A stretch of DNA of 63,320 nt, filler included, from Saprolegnia diclina VS20 (taxonomy: Eukaryota), in NCBI RefSeq assembly GCF_000281045.1. It is 6 parts of 3 records of this genome, joined end to end, with 100 filler letters (N's around TTAATTAATTAA, not from the genome) between each part and the next. Parts side by side here need not be neighbours in the genome. Positions count along the whole stretch, not along the records: positions 1 to 9,071 come from NW_008246135.1; positions 9,172 to 23,603 come from NW_008246136.1; 4 more parts are not named here. One strand, 5' to 3'. This document shows, one piece after another, positions 1-10,844 of this stretch. Position 1 is the stretch's first letter, and the number at the start of each line of letters is the position of its first letter. The position numbers were made by a program, and so were the translations under genes. A model generated the notes under the pieces. It was given only the letters and a program-made list of their open reading frames with translations, searched no databases and was not told the origin of the DNA.

Positions 1-920
1 TCACCACCATTAGGCGCTGGTCTCCGAACGTCCACTTCAACTCGAGTTGCCTCAATTTTCTAAAATGTCATACGGATAAAATTTATCCGGCTTGTAAACC
101 TCCGACAAGGTATGGAAAAGGTAAGCTTACCATGGAAATGAGCTATCATTTAAAAAACCCGTCGATGACCACCCTGTGTTATTATATCCCTTGCCCAGAC
201 CCAACCCATTGTCCGGGCAGGTCAACCCAGCCCAACCCGACCCATACCCATTGACCCATGGGTCAATGGGTCTAATGTAAAATCTCCAATCAAAACAATT
301 GACGACGAAGAAGAAAAGAGTATGTTTGGTGCGGGTGGAATACTAGCGTTTAGAAAGAGAGAGAATAGTGTGTTGCGAGTTCAAATCTCAGAAAAGCGAT
401 ATAGGCGGCGGATATGAAAGGGGAATTTTTGAAGCAAGTAAACAGAGGGAACGCGTCACATATTCTTTTTGTCTTTGAGGAAGGAGAGATGAAACAAAAT
501 GTCGTCGGCGACGCCAGGCTTCAGGCAATTGCGCAGCTTCGTGATAGTGATGCCAGCATCCGAGAAGTTACTTTCGGACTTGGCACTGGACGCAGGCACG
601 GCGAAGACACACCAAACGACGANNNNNNNNNNNNNNNNNNNNNNNNNNNNNNNNNNNNNNNNNNNNNNNNNNNNNNNNNNNNNNNNNNNNNNNNNNNNNN
701 NNNNNNNNNNNNNNNNNNNNNNGCAAAACGATGCGTGCGGTCCATTCACAGTCCTCGAGTGAGTTGACTCGCAAATGTGCGTTCGCAAACCAGGCAAATT
801 TGGGCCAACTACGGAGGCTACCGGATAAATTTTATCCGTACGGTCCGACGCCTGCATTTTTGAAAATTGAGGCAACTCGAGTTGAAGTGGACGTTCGGAG
901 ACCAGCGCCTTACATGATGG
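1..920. mobile_element. Putative non-autonomous DNA transposon/foldback relic bounded by inverted repeats (may extend beyond the window start)
   Basis: Bases ~13-60 are the reverse complement of ~862-909 (GAAAATTGAGGCAACTCGAGTTGAAGTGGACGTTCGGAGACCAGCGCC). Bases 71-90 are the reverse complement of 821-840. There are internal AACCC/GACCC motifs and a perfect 26-bp palindrome at 246-271. No transposase is recognisable and a gap lies inside. Confidence 0.45.
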
Positions 921-1093
921 TAGGCACCCAATGCGCCACGTCGCATTGTCGGGGACGAGAGACACTTAACTTGGAGTCGTATGTGATAGTGAAAGCAAGT
1001 TAAAGCTGGATATAACATGCACTCTTGAGCGACCATCATTAATTAATCCCCTGCAGGGCTGGTCCCCACTAGGTAACGTTCCTACCAGTATTA

Positions 1094-1225
1094 TACGCTG
1101 CTGCAAGGTGCTTCCAAGGCTATCGGTGGCAGCTACTATGGCAGCTGCATCGTACTTGTCGTACCCGATGGCGCGGAGAATGACCAACGTGCTTGCTCAT
1201 CGTAGCATCATCTGGAACACGCGTC
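1094..1225 (+). repeat. Dispersed repeat, second copy at ~8940-9071
   Basis: Near-identical ~130 bp (TACGCTGCTGCAAGGTGC...CATCATCTGG) at both positions, in the same orientation. Confidence 0.85.
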
Positions 1226-1536
1226 GGAGGAAGAGGGAGTACGGTTGCGTCGCGAGGCTCCGCTACTCTATCTTCCGCCACTTCGCGCTACTCGGGTGAC
1301 ATGCTTTTGGAGTGCGCAGCACGGTCGTCGGCAAGGTGGACTAAGATCTCCGTGCAAGACAAGGCAGGGAATAAAAGCAAAAGCAAAAATCGTGTATTGG
1401 AGGGTGTGTCTAGTCTACAGTGGTGGGCTCCAAATGCGTCGAGAGGCAGGGCGTTAAATCATCTTCAAATAATAGTGGGTCCGCAAAGACAGCGGCAAAT
1501 ACATACAAAGCAGTGGCGGCGAGCGCTGTGGCAACG

Positions 1537-2008
1537 TCAGACCTCGTGCTCCTTGGCGTGGGACATGCACCAGCCTTTGCGCTGGGCCCACTTGAGGCAC
1601 TTGGGTGCCTTGCAGCGCTCGCCACCACTGTTGCGGGTTCTGCCCGTGATCCGAGAAAGCACGTGCTTGCAGCTCTGCGTGCAGACGAAGCGAGTCTCAA
1701 CAACCACCGTGCATGCGGCACAGTTGCTTGAGATGCGCCTTCTTCTTGCAGCCGTCGACGGCGCAAAACTTGCCACCGCCGTGCGACTTGCACAGCCCCC
1801 GCGACTGCGACGCGCGGTGGCAACCGTCAAAGCGGCAGCGCGAGCCACCGCCGTGGGCGATGCAGAGGCCGCGGCTTTGACTGTTCTTGAGGCAGTCCGC
1901 ATGGGTGCATTGGCGGGCGCCGCCGTGCTTCTTGCACTTTTGGTGGGATCGGTCGCGGTTGTTGCATCCGGCATGAGTGCATGTCTTGCGTGCGCTCGAG
2001 TTGGGCAA
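1537..2008 (-). pseudogene. Cys/His repeat protein (C-x4-C...GLC-x2-HGGG, 'WRKY19-like' zinc-finger repeats common in oomycetes), interrupted by a 74-bp insertion
   Basis: Repeats CTHADCLKNSQSRGLCIAHGGG / CRFDGCHRASQSRGLCKSHGGG / CAVDGCKKKAHLKQLCRMHG, then CKAPKCLKWAQRKGWCMSH in another frame. Removing 1629-1707 restores HGGGERC. No in-frame ATG was found, so the 5' exon or start is unclear. Confidence 0.7.
1629..1702. mobile_element. 74-bp insertion with TGTTG...CAACA ends and a 5-bp target-site duplication (solo-LTR/TRIM-like)
   Basis: ACCAC (1624-1628) | TGTTG...CAACA | ACCAC (1703-1707). Confidence 0.7.
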
Positions 2009-2185
2009 CTTTTTTGAATATTGGTGCGAAGATAGTAACTTTTGTCAATATTTGCTCTAATGTAGTAACTTTTTTCCTCAATCAAGACCGAACTACTTGG
2101 GGGCAACAACCGTGTTGGTGTCCGCCGTGCCAGTGGTGGGCGAGGCGGGTTAGCTACTTGACTACCAATTTGGAAATGGCTTAAG

Positions 2186-2300
2186 CTCGCTTGCTCTGCG
2201 CCTGGATCTGGGATCTTGGATCTTGCGTTTTCGTTTTGGATCTTGGTATTCTGGATCGCTCGGACTTGTGCGGAAAACCTCTTCCACTTCTTGGAAACGG
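2186..2300 (-). repeat. Dispersed repeat, inverted relative to ~23502-23603; probably a TE fragment
   Basis: The reverse complement GTTTCCAAGAAGTGGAAGAGGTTTTCCGCACAAGTCCGAGCGATCC...AGATCCAGGCGCAGAGCAAGCGAG matches 23502-23603 with scattered mismatches. Confidence 0.7.
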
Positions 2301-2380
2301 CCCGAAAAAACTCGTTCAAGGAGTACAGCGTCGCTCGTGCACGTTGCAACCACCATGACTAGACAATTAAACAACGAACC

Positions 2381-2413
2381 GACTAAACGACTAAACGACT
2401 AAACGACTAAACA
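2381..2413 (+). repeat. Tandem repeat (GACTAAAC)x4
   Basis: Read directly from the sequence. Confidence 0.9.
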
Positions 2414-2869
2414 TCACGGATTGATCGATTTGATGCCAACGAAGCATTGATATCAATACTAGTAGCTCACGTCAGTGTGCACTTGGTGGTAATGGCCACA
2501 CGTCTCATAACCATGCTTGGACCACAACGCTCCCTCACAGCATTAATCAGTACACGGAGGAAGCATCGACTAGCATAAAACGACTTGAGGTTCCATCGTA
2601 ACGGAAAGAACACGTCGTAGAATGGAGAAAATGAATTCAAGCTTGTATGTATGTATGTATGTATGAAGATTGCAATAAAAAACGATCGGTTTCACAGCGG
2701 CCCCTCGCTGCTCTAGCCGTTTGTATGGATTTGACATCCACACTTCAAATCCAAAGAAGCTGCGAAGACCACATAGCTCGTTGCCGTACGACGCCAACGA
2801 CCTCGCGATCGAGGCCTTACGGTACGTGGCCTTTTATGTATGTTTATGCTCATAGACAATGCATTAGAA

Positions 2870-3215
2870 TGGGCCACGCCGGGCAGGCGCTCTTGGAGCA
2901 AGGCCGCGCCCTCCCGAGCAACCTCTCATTCATGGCGTTCAACTGGGAAGCCGAGTACTTTTGGATGAAGTCGTCAACGAATGGGATCATCTTGACCATG
3001 GCGCTCTCGTGCTTCCTCGCAATTGCGGCCATTGGGTGGTCCATGTCGGGGTCGCTCCGCTTTGCGATCTTTCTCGTGCTCGTGATCATTCCGTCATCGC
3101 ATGCGCTCTTTGCCGTCTACTTGGCCAATTCGATCGAGGCCGCCGACTACTGCATCGCGCCAGCACACAACACGCTCCGGCCCTTCCGCAACGACTCTGG
3201 TGTTGCGTACTTGTG
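2870..3215 (+). pseudogene. Fragment of a multi-pass membrane protein gene, truncated by the inverted duplication
   Basis: Hydrophobic coding-like stretch NGIILTMALSCFLAIAAIGWSMSGSLRFAIFLVLVIIPSSHALFAVYLA. Family not identified. Confidence 0.35.
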
Positions 3216-3235
3216 CCGAGTCAGCCACGGAAGCA

Positions 3236-3907
3236 ATGGCGCTCGCAATTGTCGGGCTAACGCCGATGTCGACTGCCGTCTGGATAACCGACGACAGACT
3301 CGCACCGCACCGGTGTCGGCGGCAACCGCGATGATGGTCGCCTGCTCTGGCGTGGCACCGGCGGCGATCACGGCCTGGATGACGTCTTCGATCGGGGCGG
3401 GCGTAGCATCGCTGACCGAGCCAGCCGACGACGACGTCGTCGACGCAACTGCGGACGCGATGGCCGACGCCACCGACGACTTGACACCGGCGTCCGCCGC
3501 GACTTGTTGAATCTCTTGGTAGTGCCGCCGGAACGCCGGCCCCGATCGCCGAGGTCGTCCAAGCTGCTCTTGACAGTGACCAGCTTGGGCCAAGCGGCGT
3601 TGATCGCGCAATCAGTTGCGTCGGGTGCGTCGGTCGAAGAAATCAACAAGTCGCGGCGGACGCAGGAGTCAAGTCGTCGGTGGCGTCGGCCATCGCGTCG
3701 GCAGTTGCGTCGACGACATCGTCGACGGCTGGCTCGGTCAGCAATGCTACGCCTGCCCCGATCGAGGATGTTATCCAAGCCGTGATCGCCGCCGGTGCCA
3801 CGCCAGAGCAGGCGACCATCATCGCGATTGCCGCCGACACCGGTGCGTGTCTGTCATCGCTCAACGTCAGCCAGACATCGAGGTAGCCCGACAATTGCGA
3901 GCGCCAT
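3236..3907. repeat. Long inverted repeat: arms ~3236-3517 and ~3637-3907, spacer ~120 bp
   Basis: The same peptide ASAIASAVASTTSSxAGSVSxATPAPIEDVIQAVIAAGATPEQATIIA is encoded on the - strand (left arm) and the + strand (right arm). The DNA ends ATGGCGCTCGCAATTGTCGGGCTA and TAGCCCGACAATTGCGAGCGCCAT are complementary. Confidence 0.9.
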
Positions 3908-5957
3908 AGTATTTTCTATAATGAATAGTCTTTTCTTTATGTTGTCTACAAGGCGCGTGCGCTATGATCGTCACAATGCACAACGCAGAAGTACCAACGG
4001 AAGAGCATGGTCGCAAGATCGTTTTAGCTGTAGCATCTAGTGGTGGGCGGGATAAATCTAAGTTCTAGACAAACGAGAACGTCGTATGAGCTGGCGTTGT
4101 CGCCGGTGCGCGGTTGCTGCCTAGTCCGACACACTCTGACAGGTCGATCCGAATGACGTGCAAGCCACAGCCAAGGCACCAAGATCGACGTCTCGAGGGT
4201 GCCGCCAGTGAGGGTTTCAATGTGTCGGTAGAGAGTAGGAATATAGTTTTTTGGTGGAGCAAGCAAAGGCCAGCCAAACCTCGACGCAGTTTCGATTTGG
4301 CTTCGGCGTGCTACGTCTCCATCTTGGAGGGATTCCATCCCTCGGCTCCCGCAACAACGCCTCAAAACCACAGAGCACCTGTGCGCAACCTCTTCCGGGC
4401 GTGGTTGAGGGGTTTAGGGGTCGTCACCCGCTACGACATCGACGTTGCGACTTCATGACAGCAGTAGCGACCTGACGCCCCACCTGCGGCGACGGCAACG
4501 ACGACCCTGTCGTTTTCCTCTATGACACCAGCGATCCACTCCAACGACGGCACCAGCGTCCCGGTTGTCTCTCCCTCTCGGCGACCTGACGTCCCTGCGT
4601 TGATATTGATCCTCCGGTGCGGTTACGGCTACGACAACCCGACGACTCTTGCTTCGACACCGGCGCACCAACAGCGCTGGAAACTAGTGCGATACATCAA
4701 CCAGTTGCTCGGCGGCCTCGCAGAACACGCTCGGCACCTCGCTTGAAGACGCCGGGAGAGCTTAGGAATACTCTCTGGCGAATTTTCTCTCCTTGGTCCT
4801 GCACCTGCACCCGTGCCGCCGCGGGCCCCAGATGCCTGCCAAGCGCCAGCGCACCGACGTTCAGCCAACATTGTGCCCGTCGGAGTAGCGCTTTTGCAGC
4901 ATCATCTGCCCCAGCAGCATCGAGCACACGTGCCCCTCATAGAGATTGCGCTCGATGCGCAGTTGGTGCGAACCGAAGATCCTACGTGTGCATGCGCGCC
5001 GCCGCATCAAACGAACACTGGTCCGGCGACCGTGCACCCGAATCGAGCAGCGCTTTCGTAGCACTCGCGCAACTTAAGAGTGCTCATTATCTTTTCTAGA
5101 ATCACCCACGAGAAACGACTAGTCGCAGCCCCGCCACCCGCCCCGACAACAACACTCGTCACGTCCAAGCACCGCAAACACCGCTCCATCTGGGGGCTGC
5201 GCTGTTGAGCCACTCTCGACATCTACATCAAACGGCGACCGTGGCCAAGTCGCGCAAGATAGACAATCTGCAGTTGTGGCAAGTTCGGCCGACCAACGGC
5301 TTCTCAACCCCACGCGTCACGATGACAGCCAAGACTCAAGGCAGATCACACGCTCGCATTCCCAACAACCGTCGCCACCCGGGCACGGCTTCACACACTG
5401 GCGCGGCTTTCAAGCGAGCGGCACGACCAAGATCGCTCCGAGACGGCATTCCGCCAACGGACGCCGACCTAGCGACGCTCGGCATCAGCACTGACCTCGA
5501 CGACAAGCACCGCCACGGTTGCACACAGCAGCCACCACCAATGTACGTTGGCGCAACTCTGAAGAACCGCAGTGGCACCGAGCAAGATGTGCTACATTCT
5601 CAACTTCCGACCGTCAGTCTTGAGCGACACCAAGACGAACGCAATCTCCAAGACGAGGCGTCAAAGCACAAGCACAACCCTCGGTCCACCGTCGCCAAGC
5701 AGTCGCCAACGACGCCGATTACCTATCGCTGGCCTCGCCAACCCATCATTTGCTGGCAACAAGCCCAACTCCTGAAATATACTCTGGCAATCTTCGAGTG
5801 ATCGTTGGCCGCACGCAGCCCAAGTTGAGCCCGTTGGTGCAGCAATGCCCATCAACCCGTGAACGGGTGCTAAGGGAAATGTCCGGATACACTTCTGGAT
5901 GGCGGGCGGCGCATCCGGATTCCCAACTGCTTGATACATGTCAGTCGAATTTGCAGC

Positions 5958-6914
5958 ATGGCGAAGAAGGGTGGGTACTACGCGGTGGCTGTCGGCCGCA
6001 CCGCCGGCATCTACCGGACGTGGGACGATGGCGCCAAGGAGCAGGTCCACGGTTTCCCAAATGCTCGCTACAAGAAGTTTACCACCGAGGCCGACGCCAT
6101 CGCATTTGTTCAGCACCATGGCAAGCGGCCGCGATCGCCCGACGTTGAGGCGCCGCGGCAAGTGCGACCAAAGACAGAGACACGATCGCTCGACGTTGAA
6201 GCGCCGCAGCAAGTGCGACCAAAGACAGAGACCAAGCTTTACGCCGTCGCGCATGGTCGTTGTGGCGTCTCGGGCGTGTACACGTCGTGGGCCGAGGCCG
6301 CTCGTCACGTCCAGGGTTTCCTCGGCGCCAAGTACAAGTCGTTTCTCACGCGCGCCGAGGCCGACGAGTACATCGCCACCCATCGCACGATCAAGGCCGG
6401 CGCGGTCGTCGTCGATTCGTCGTTGCCGGATCCCAAGAACCCGGCGACGCTTGTGGCCTTTTGCGACGGCAGTGCGATCGGCAACGGCCAGAGCGGGTGC
6501 AGAGCGGCGTTTGCATGTGTGTTCCCGCACCATGAGGAGTGGGCCGTCTCGGGCAAGCTGCCGCCCGGCGCCATTGCCACCAACAACCGCGCCGAGTACT
6601 TGGCAGCGCTCGAAGCCATGAAGCGCGCGAACGTGCAAGACCCGGCGCAGACGCGGCCGCTGTACATCTTCTCGGACAGTATGCTCCTGATCCAGTCGAT
6701 GACCGAGTGGCTCGGTGGCTGGAAACGCAACAAGTGGGTCAAGGCCGACGGCGAGCCAGTCAAAAATGCCGATTTGCTCCAACTTCTCGATTCGACCCAA
6801 GGGGCGCGCTGCATTCTGTGGCGGCACGTCAAGGCGCACACGCACAAGAAGAATTGGGAGTCGGTTTGGAACGACAAGGTCGACAAGCTCGCGTGGTCCA
6901 CGGCCATGAGCTAA
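5958..6914 (+). CDS. RNH1: Ribonuclease H1 with two N-terminal hybrid-binding (caulimovirus viroplasmin-like) domains
   Basis: Two HBDs: YYAVAVGRTAGIYRTW...YKKF and LYAVAHGRCGVSGVYTSW...YKSF. RNase H catalytic residues in FCDGS, TNNRAE, FSDS, HVKAH and NDKVD. Confidence 0.92.
   Translation: MAKKGGYYAVAVGRTAGIYRTWDDGAKEQVHGFPNARYKKFTTEADAIAFVQHHGKRPRSPDVEAPRQVRPKTETRSLDVEAPQQVRPKTETKLYAVAHGRCGVSGVYTSWAEAARHVQGFLGAKYKSFLTRAEADEYIATHRTIKAGAVVVDSSLPDPKNPATLVAFCDGSAIGNGQSGCRAAFACVFPHHEEWAVSGKLPPGAIATNNRAEYLAALEAMKRANVQDPAQTRPLYIFSDSMLLIQSMTEWLGGWKRNKWVKADGEPVKNADLLQLLDSTQGARCILWRHVKAHTHKKNWESVWNDKVDKLAWSTAMS
6132..6233 (+). repeat. In-frame 51-bp tandem duplication in the RNase H1 linker
   Basis: RSPDVEAPRQVRPKTET / RSLDVEAPQQVRPKTET. 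Confidence 0.9.
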
Positions 6915-7146
6915 CTGTCGGCTTTGCATGTTGGCGAGGTTTAGGTTTACTAATGGACACTGTCGTTGTCGTGTCGTCCGAGTCCAATGATGCAAGGCCT
7001 CGGGTGCCAGATACGACGCACTTGGCTGATCGCCCCGTGCTAGCGTCATTGCACTGTCTTTAGAAGCGTACGACTGGCAGCAAGACGCGGTCGTTCAACC
7101 AGTGTACACGGTGTCGTTGTATTCATTATGCAGTCGCCGTCATCGT

Positions 7147-8578
7147 CTAGTCGCGCTTTTGGTTGGCCACCGGCACCGTAAAGACGGTGATACCGAGCGC
7201 CGTCTTGACTTCATAGATGACCGAGACCACGATGTGGATGTAGGCGACGAACGAGATGAAGAAGAATTCGTTGAGGAAGAGCGTTTCGGTTTCCTTCTGG
7301 ACCGGGTAGATGCCTTGCCAGTGGCTAAAGCCCCAATGCGCTGCCACGTAGAAAATGGGCACCAGCGTCTTTCGGAACGGGTGGTACTCTTCGCCGCAGA
7401 GGTGCGCGAGCATCAAGTGCAGCTAATACAAACACAAACACGTCGCATGATGATAGGAGTGTCAGTATGACATACCACGAGTTTGCTGTTGAGGAGCCCG
7501 ATCGTCCAGAGAAACATACGCGGGTGGATCGCCTTGATATTGGCCGGTGATAGAATCGCCCAGACGAGCGCAAGTCCGTTCAAAATCGCAAACGGCGTCA
7601 GACGCGTGAGCGCGATGAGGAACGAACCCTTCTGGGTATGCACGGTCTTGATGACGTTGATCAAGCTACGACAGTGGCGTCCTAACTCTGCAAAAAGATA
7701 TCGCAAAAGTGTCGTACTTGGCGAGGACGGTAAACGTCGACGACACAATCATAACGCCGAGGAAGAGCGTGTTGTTGAGCACACCAGGCACGAGTGTGGA
7801 TTCTTGGAGCCAGAACGACGGACCTACACCAAGTAACGTGTCGATCACGTCAATACGACGAGGCGTACCCACGACGGCTGTAAAGAGCTTGATGCCAATC
7901 GCAATCAAGACACCTTCGGTGGGCCCGTTCAAGATCGGAAGGTCGAGCGACCCGGTGTAGTACTCTTCCCACGTTGCCGCGATAAAGACCATGTTGACCC
8001 AGAGACCGAGGCACGTCGCCTTCCAGCCCGCACCAAACTGCACAACGCACGACATGGTCATGCTCCCGATCGTGCAGTTGATCGCGTCGCAGCCGTGGTC
8101 AAAGAGGAGACCAAGCGGCGACGACGTGCCGGTGCGGCGCGCTTGTTTCCCGTCCAAGTTGTCGAGCGTCTACATTGCATCATAAGACGTGCAACTCGAA
8201 CAATGGTCGTCATACCTGGTAGGCAAAGAGTGCAAAGGCGGCGTAGACGTAGACCCATGGCGGGCACTCGCCCTCGAGCGACGGACAGTAGTAGAGGAAG
8301 AGCAGGTGCGAGCTAATGACCGCGAGCAGCCCGAGCAGCGTAATCTAGAAAGAGCATCGATAAGACGTTGATTCAGATGCAAGGTTTACGAGGTTGGGCG
8401 CGAGCCAGAGCGGGAGGTAGTCGAGGAGGTAGTTGTTCATCGGCGTCAGCACATGCTTGTAGATGAGCGAGTGGTCATTGCCCTTGTACGAGTAGAGCTT
8501 GAGGTTCTTCGAGCCTTCCTTCGAGACGTACTTGCCAAAGTACATGGACTTTTCATCGTTCATCGTCGGCGGGGACAT
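7147..8578 (-). CDS. Choline/ethanolamine phosphotransferase (CDP-alcohol phosphatidyltransferase), multi-exon
   Basis: N-terminus LKLYSYKGNDHSLIYKHVLTP...LPLWLAPNL. CDP-alcohol motif DNLDGKQARRTGTSSPLGLLFDHGCD, plus WEEYYTG...GPTEG. Several short GT-AG introns (e.g. 8345-8389). Confidence 0.92.
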
Positions 8579-9115
8579 CCTCGTCTTCTCGAAATGCTAC
8601 CTTGCGTCAACATCGCCAGGGCTCGTCCGGATACGCCGCCATGACATCCAGCCCGCCAGTAACATCCGGACAGGTCCACTTCAAGGTGATAGGAAGGCCG
8701 AGCTTGTCAAGCGCTGCAATGCTGCAAGACTGCGGTGGCCGGTTGCATGGACGCGCCATTTCGTACGCGCGAAGCTTGTGGCGTGCGCACAAGCGCCGGG
8801 ATCGGGATCGGCCGGGATTGGTTTGGGTGCGTTTAGCCATGCCTGGCCTTGGACGCGGTGCGGTGCCAACTCTAGTCGCCGAGAATGTGATATATAGTCG
8901 CTCGAGACAAAGTTGTACATCGTCCACCACACACAATTGTACGCTGCTGCAAGGTGCCTCCAAGGCTATCGGTGGCAGCTACTATGGCAGCTGCATCGTC
9001 CTTGTCGTACCCGATGGCGCTGAGAACGACCAACGTGCTGGCTCATGGTAGCATCATCTGGACCACACGTCNNNNNNNNNNNNNNNNNNNNNNNNNNNNN
9101 NNNNNNNNNNNNNNN

Positions 9116-9127
9116 TTAATTAATTAA
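9116..9127. other. Artificial contig spacer TTAATTAATTAA (also ~23648, ~36526, ~50622, ~61246)
   Basis: An identical all-frame-stop 12-mer embedded in N runs. Confidence 0.95.
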
Positions 9128-9200
9128 NNNNNNNNNNNNNNNNNNNNNNNNNNNNNNNNNNNNNNNNNNNNTAGAATTTTCTGGTTACTATAAAAGTAGT

Positions 9201-10274
9201 TTACGAGAGGAACGGGTAGTCGGTGTAGCCCTTGGGGCCCGGCGTGTAGAACGTCGCCGAATCCGGCGTGTTGAGGGCCGCGCCCTTCTCGAAGCGCGTG
9301 ACCAAGTCGGGGTTGGCCAAGAACGAGGTGCCAAAAGCAACGGCGTCAATGGCACCGGACGCAATCGCTTGGTCGCCCTCTTCCTTGGTGTAGCCCATGT
9401 TGGCGACGATCGGGCCCTTGAAATGCTCGCGCACGATCGGGATGACGTCGCCCTTTTGCGCCTGGAAGAAATCGGCGCGCATGATGTGCAGGTACGCGAG
9501 CGAAAAGTCGCTGAGCTTCTTGGCAAAGTACTCGAGGAGCGCGGGCGGGTTCGAGTCGATCATCGAGTTGTAGCTGTTGAGCGGCGAGAGGCGGATACCG
9601 ACGCGGTCCGCGCCGATTGCACCGACGACGGCGGCGACGACCTCGAGGCCAAAGCGCGCCCGGTTCTCGATCGAGCCGCCGTACGCGTCCGTGCGCTTGT
9701 TGCTGCCATCCTTGAGGAACTGGTCGATGAGGTACCCGTTGGCGCCGTGGACTTCGACGCCGTCAAAGCCCGCGACCTCGACCGCGTTCTTGGCCGCCGT
9801 CGCGTACAGCTGCACGAGGTGCGGGATCTCGTCGAGCGTGATCTCGCGCGGCACCGTGTACGGCACCTTGCCGTTGGGGCCGTGGACGTCGCCTTCGATC
9901 GCGATCGCGGACGGCGCAATCGTCTCGGCGCCGTCGTTCAAATCCGGGTGCGCGGCACGGCCGGCGTGCCAGATCTGGCAAAAGATCTTGGAGCCCTTGG
10001 CGTGGACCGCATCCGTGATCTTCTTCCACTCGGCGAGCTGGTCGGGCGAGTAGAGACCCGGCTCCGAGTAAAACGCCGACGTGAGCGGCGCAATCATCGT
10101 GCACTCGGTGATGAGGAGGCCGGCGCCCGCGCGCTGCGTGTAGTACTCCTTCATGAGGTCGTTGGGCACGTGCGTGCCCGGCGACGACCGGCAGCGCGTG
10201 AGCGGCGCGAGGAGCACGCGGTTGGCGAGCTCGACGCGGCCGAGCTTGATGGGCGAGAGGAGGTGGTGAGCCAT
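9201..10274 (-). CDS. Old Yellow Enzyme family FMN ene-reductase (NemA / 12-oxophytodienoate-reductase-like)
   Basis: LANRVLLAPLTRCR, YYTQRAGAGLLITE, QIWHAGR, GFDGVEVHGANGYLIDQFL, RTDAYGGSIENRARF, ANPDL, GYTDYP. Intronless. Confidence 0.95.
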   Translation of the reverse strand: MAHHLLSPIKLGRVELANRVLLAPLTRCRSSPGTHVPNDLMKEYYTQRAGAGLLITECTMIAPLTSAFYSEPGLYSPDQLAEWKKITDAVHAKGSKIFCQIWHAGRAAHPDLNDGAETIAPSAIAIEGDVHGPNGKVPYTVPREITLDEIPHLVQLYATAAKNAVEVAGFDGVEVHGANGYLIDQFLKDGSNKRTDAYGGSIENRARFGLEVVAAVVGAIGADRVGIRLSPLNSYNSMIDSNPPALLEYFAKKLSDFSLAYLHIMRADFFQAQKGDVIPIVREHFKGPIVANMGYTKEEGDQAIASGAIDAVAFGTSFLANPDLVTRFEKGAALNTPDSATFYTPGPKGYTDYPFLS

Positions 10275-10808
10275 GGTAGTGGTTGGTGGTGTTGGTGTTG
10301 CAGAGGCAGTTGTAAAATGAGCGGTCGAGAGCTGGCCGTTGGCGCCGACGCCGAAGTCGGGAACGTACAAAACATCCGTGGCGGAAACTTCCATATCACG
10401 TGGCTTTCACGTGTGCAACGCGTGGGATTTGAATCCCACCGATGCGAGACCGCCGTGTCATTGTGTGCCGGCAGTGCACCAGCGAGAGATGACGCATGTA
10501 TCCTAGGGTGTCAAAAGGTAGTATGTATATCGACGCAAACAAGGGCGACGATGCGAGGAGCGAGTGGTGTGAGGCCATGCATACTGGTTGCGTGGGCACA
10601 GACTTTCCCACCACTTTGCACTTGTTTCCCACCACTTTGCAGTTATTTCCCACGTGTTTCCCACGACGATCGGGCGATGATTTGGGTTTCACACGGCGTT
10701 GGATACGTGGCACCACAGAAGCAACTTCTGTGGCACCTCGCGACTTCGGCGCGCCAACCGACAAAAAACCGCTGCGAGTCGTTGGGATCAACGGCGCTGG
10801 TTCTCTTA

Positions 10809-10811
<3 letters not shown>

Positions 10812-10841
<30 letters not shown>
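10812..10841. repeat. (TA)n microsatellite, possibly the tail of a retroposed element
   Basis: Read directly. The adjacent TATATGAATATGTTCCGC resembles motifs at ~28950 and ~62380. Confidence 0.85.

Positions 10842-10844
<3 letters not shown>

Noticed and set aside
2009..2075. Degenerate ~30-bp repeats and other short tandem arrays as CRISPR-like
   Set aside because: No unique spacers and no cas genes; the context is eukaryotic.
5958..6914. RNase H as part of a retroelement or caulimovirus
   Set aside because: No adjacent RT, integrase or LTRs; the architecture is that of cellular RNase H1.
9116..9127. TTAATTAATTAA palindrome recurring five times
   Set aside because: Always embedded in N runs, so it is a scaffolding spacer and not biological. 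It also causes the false stop of the 33967-36537 ORF.
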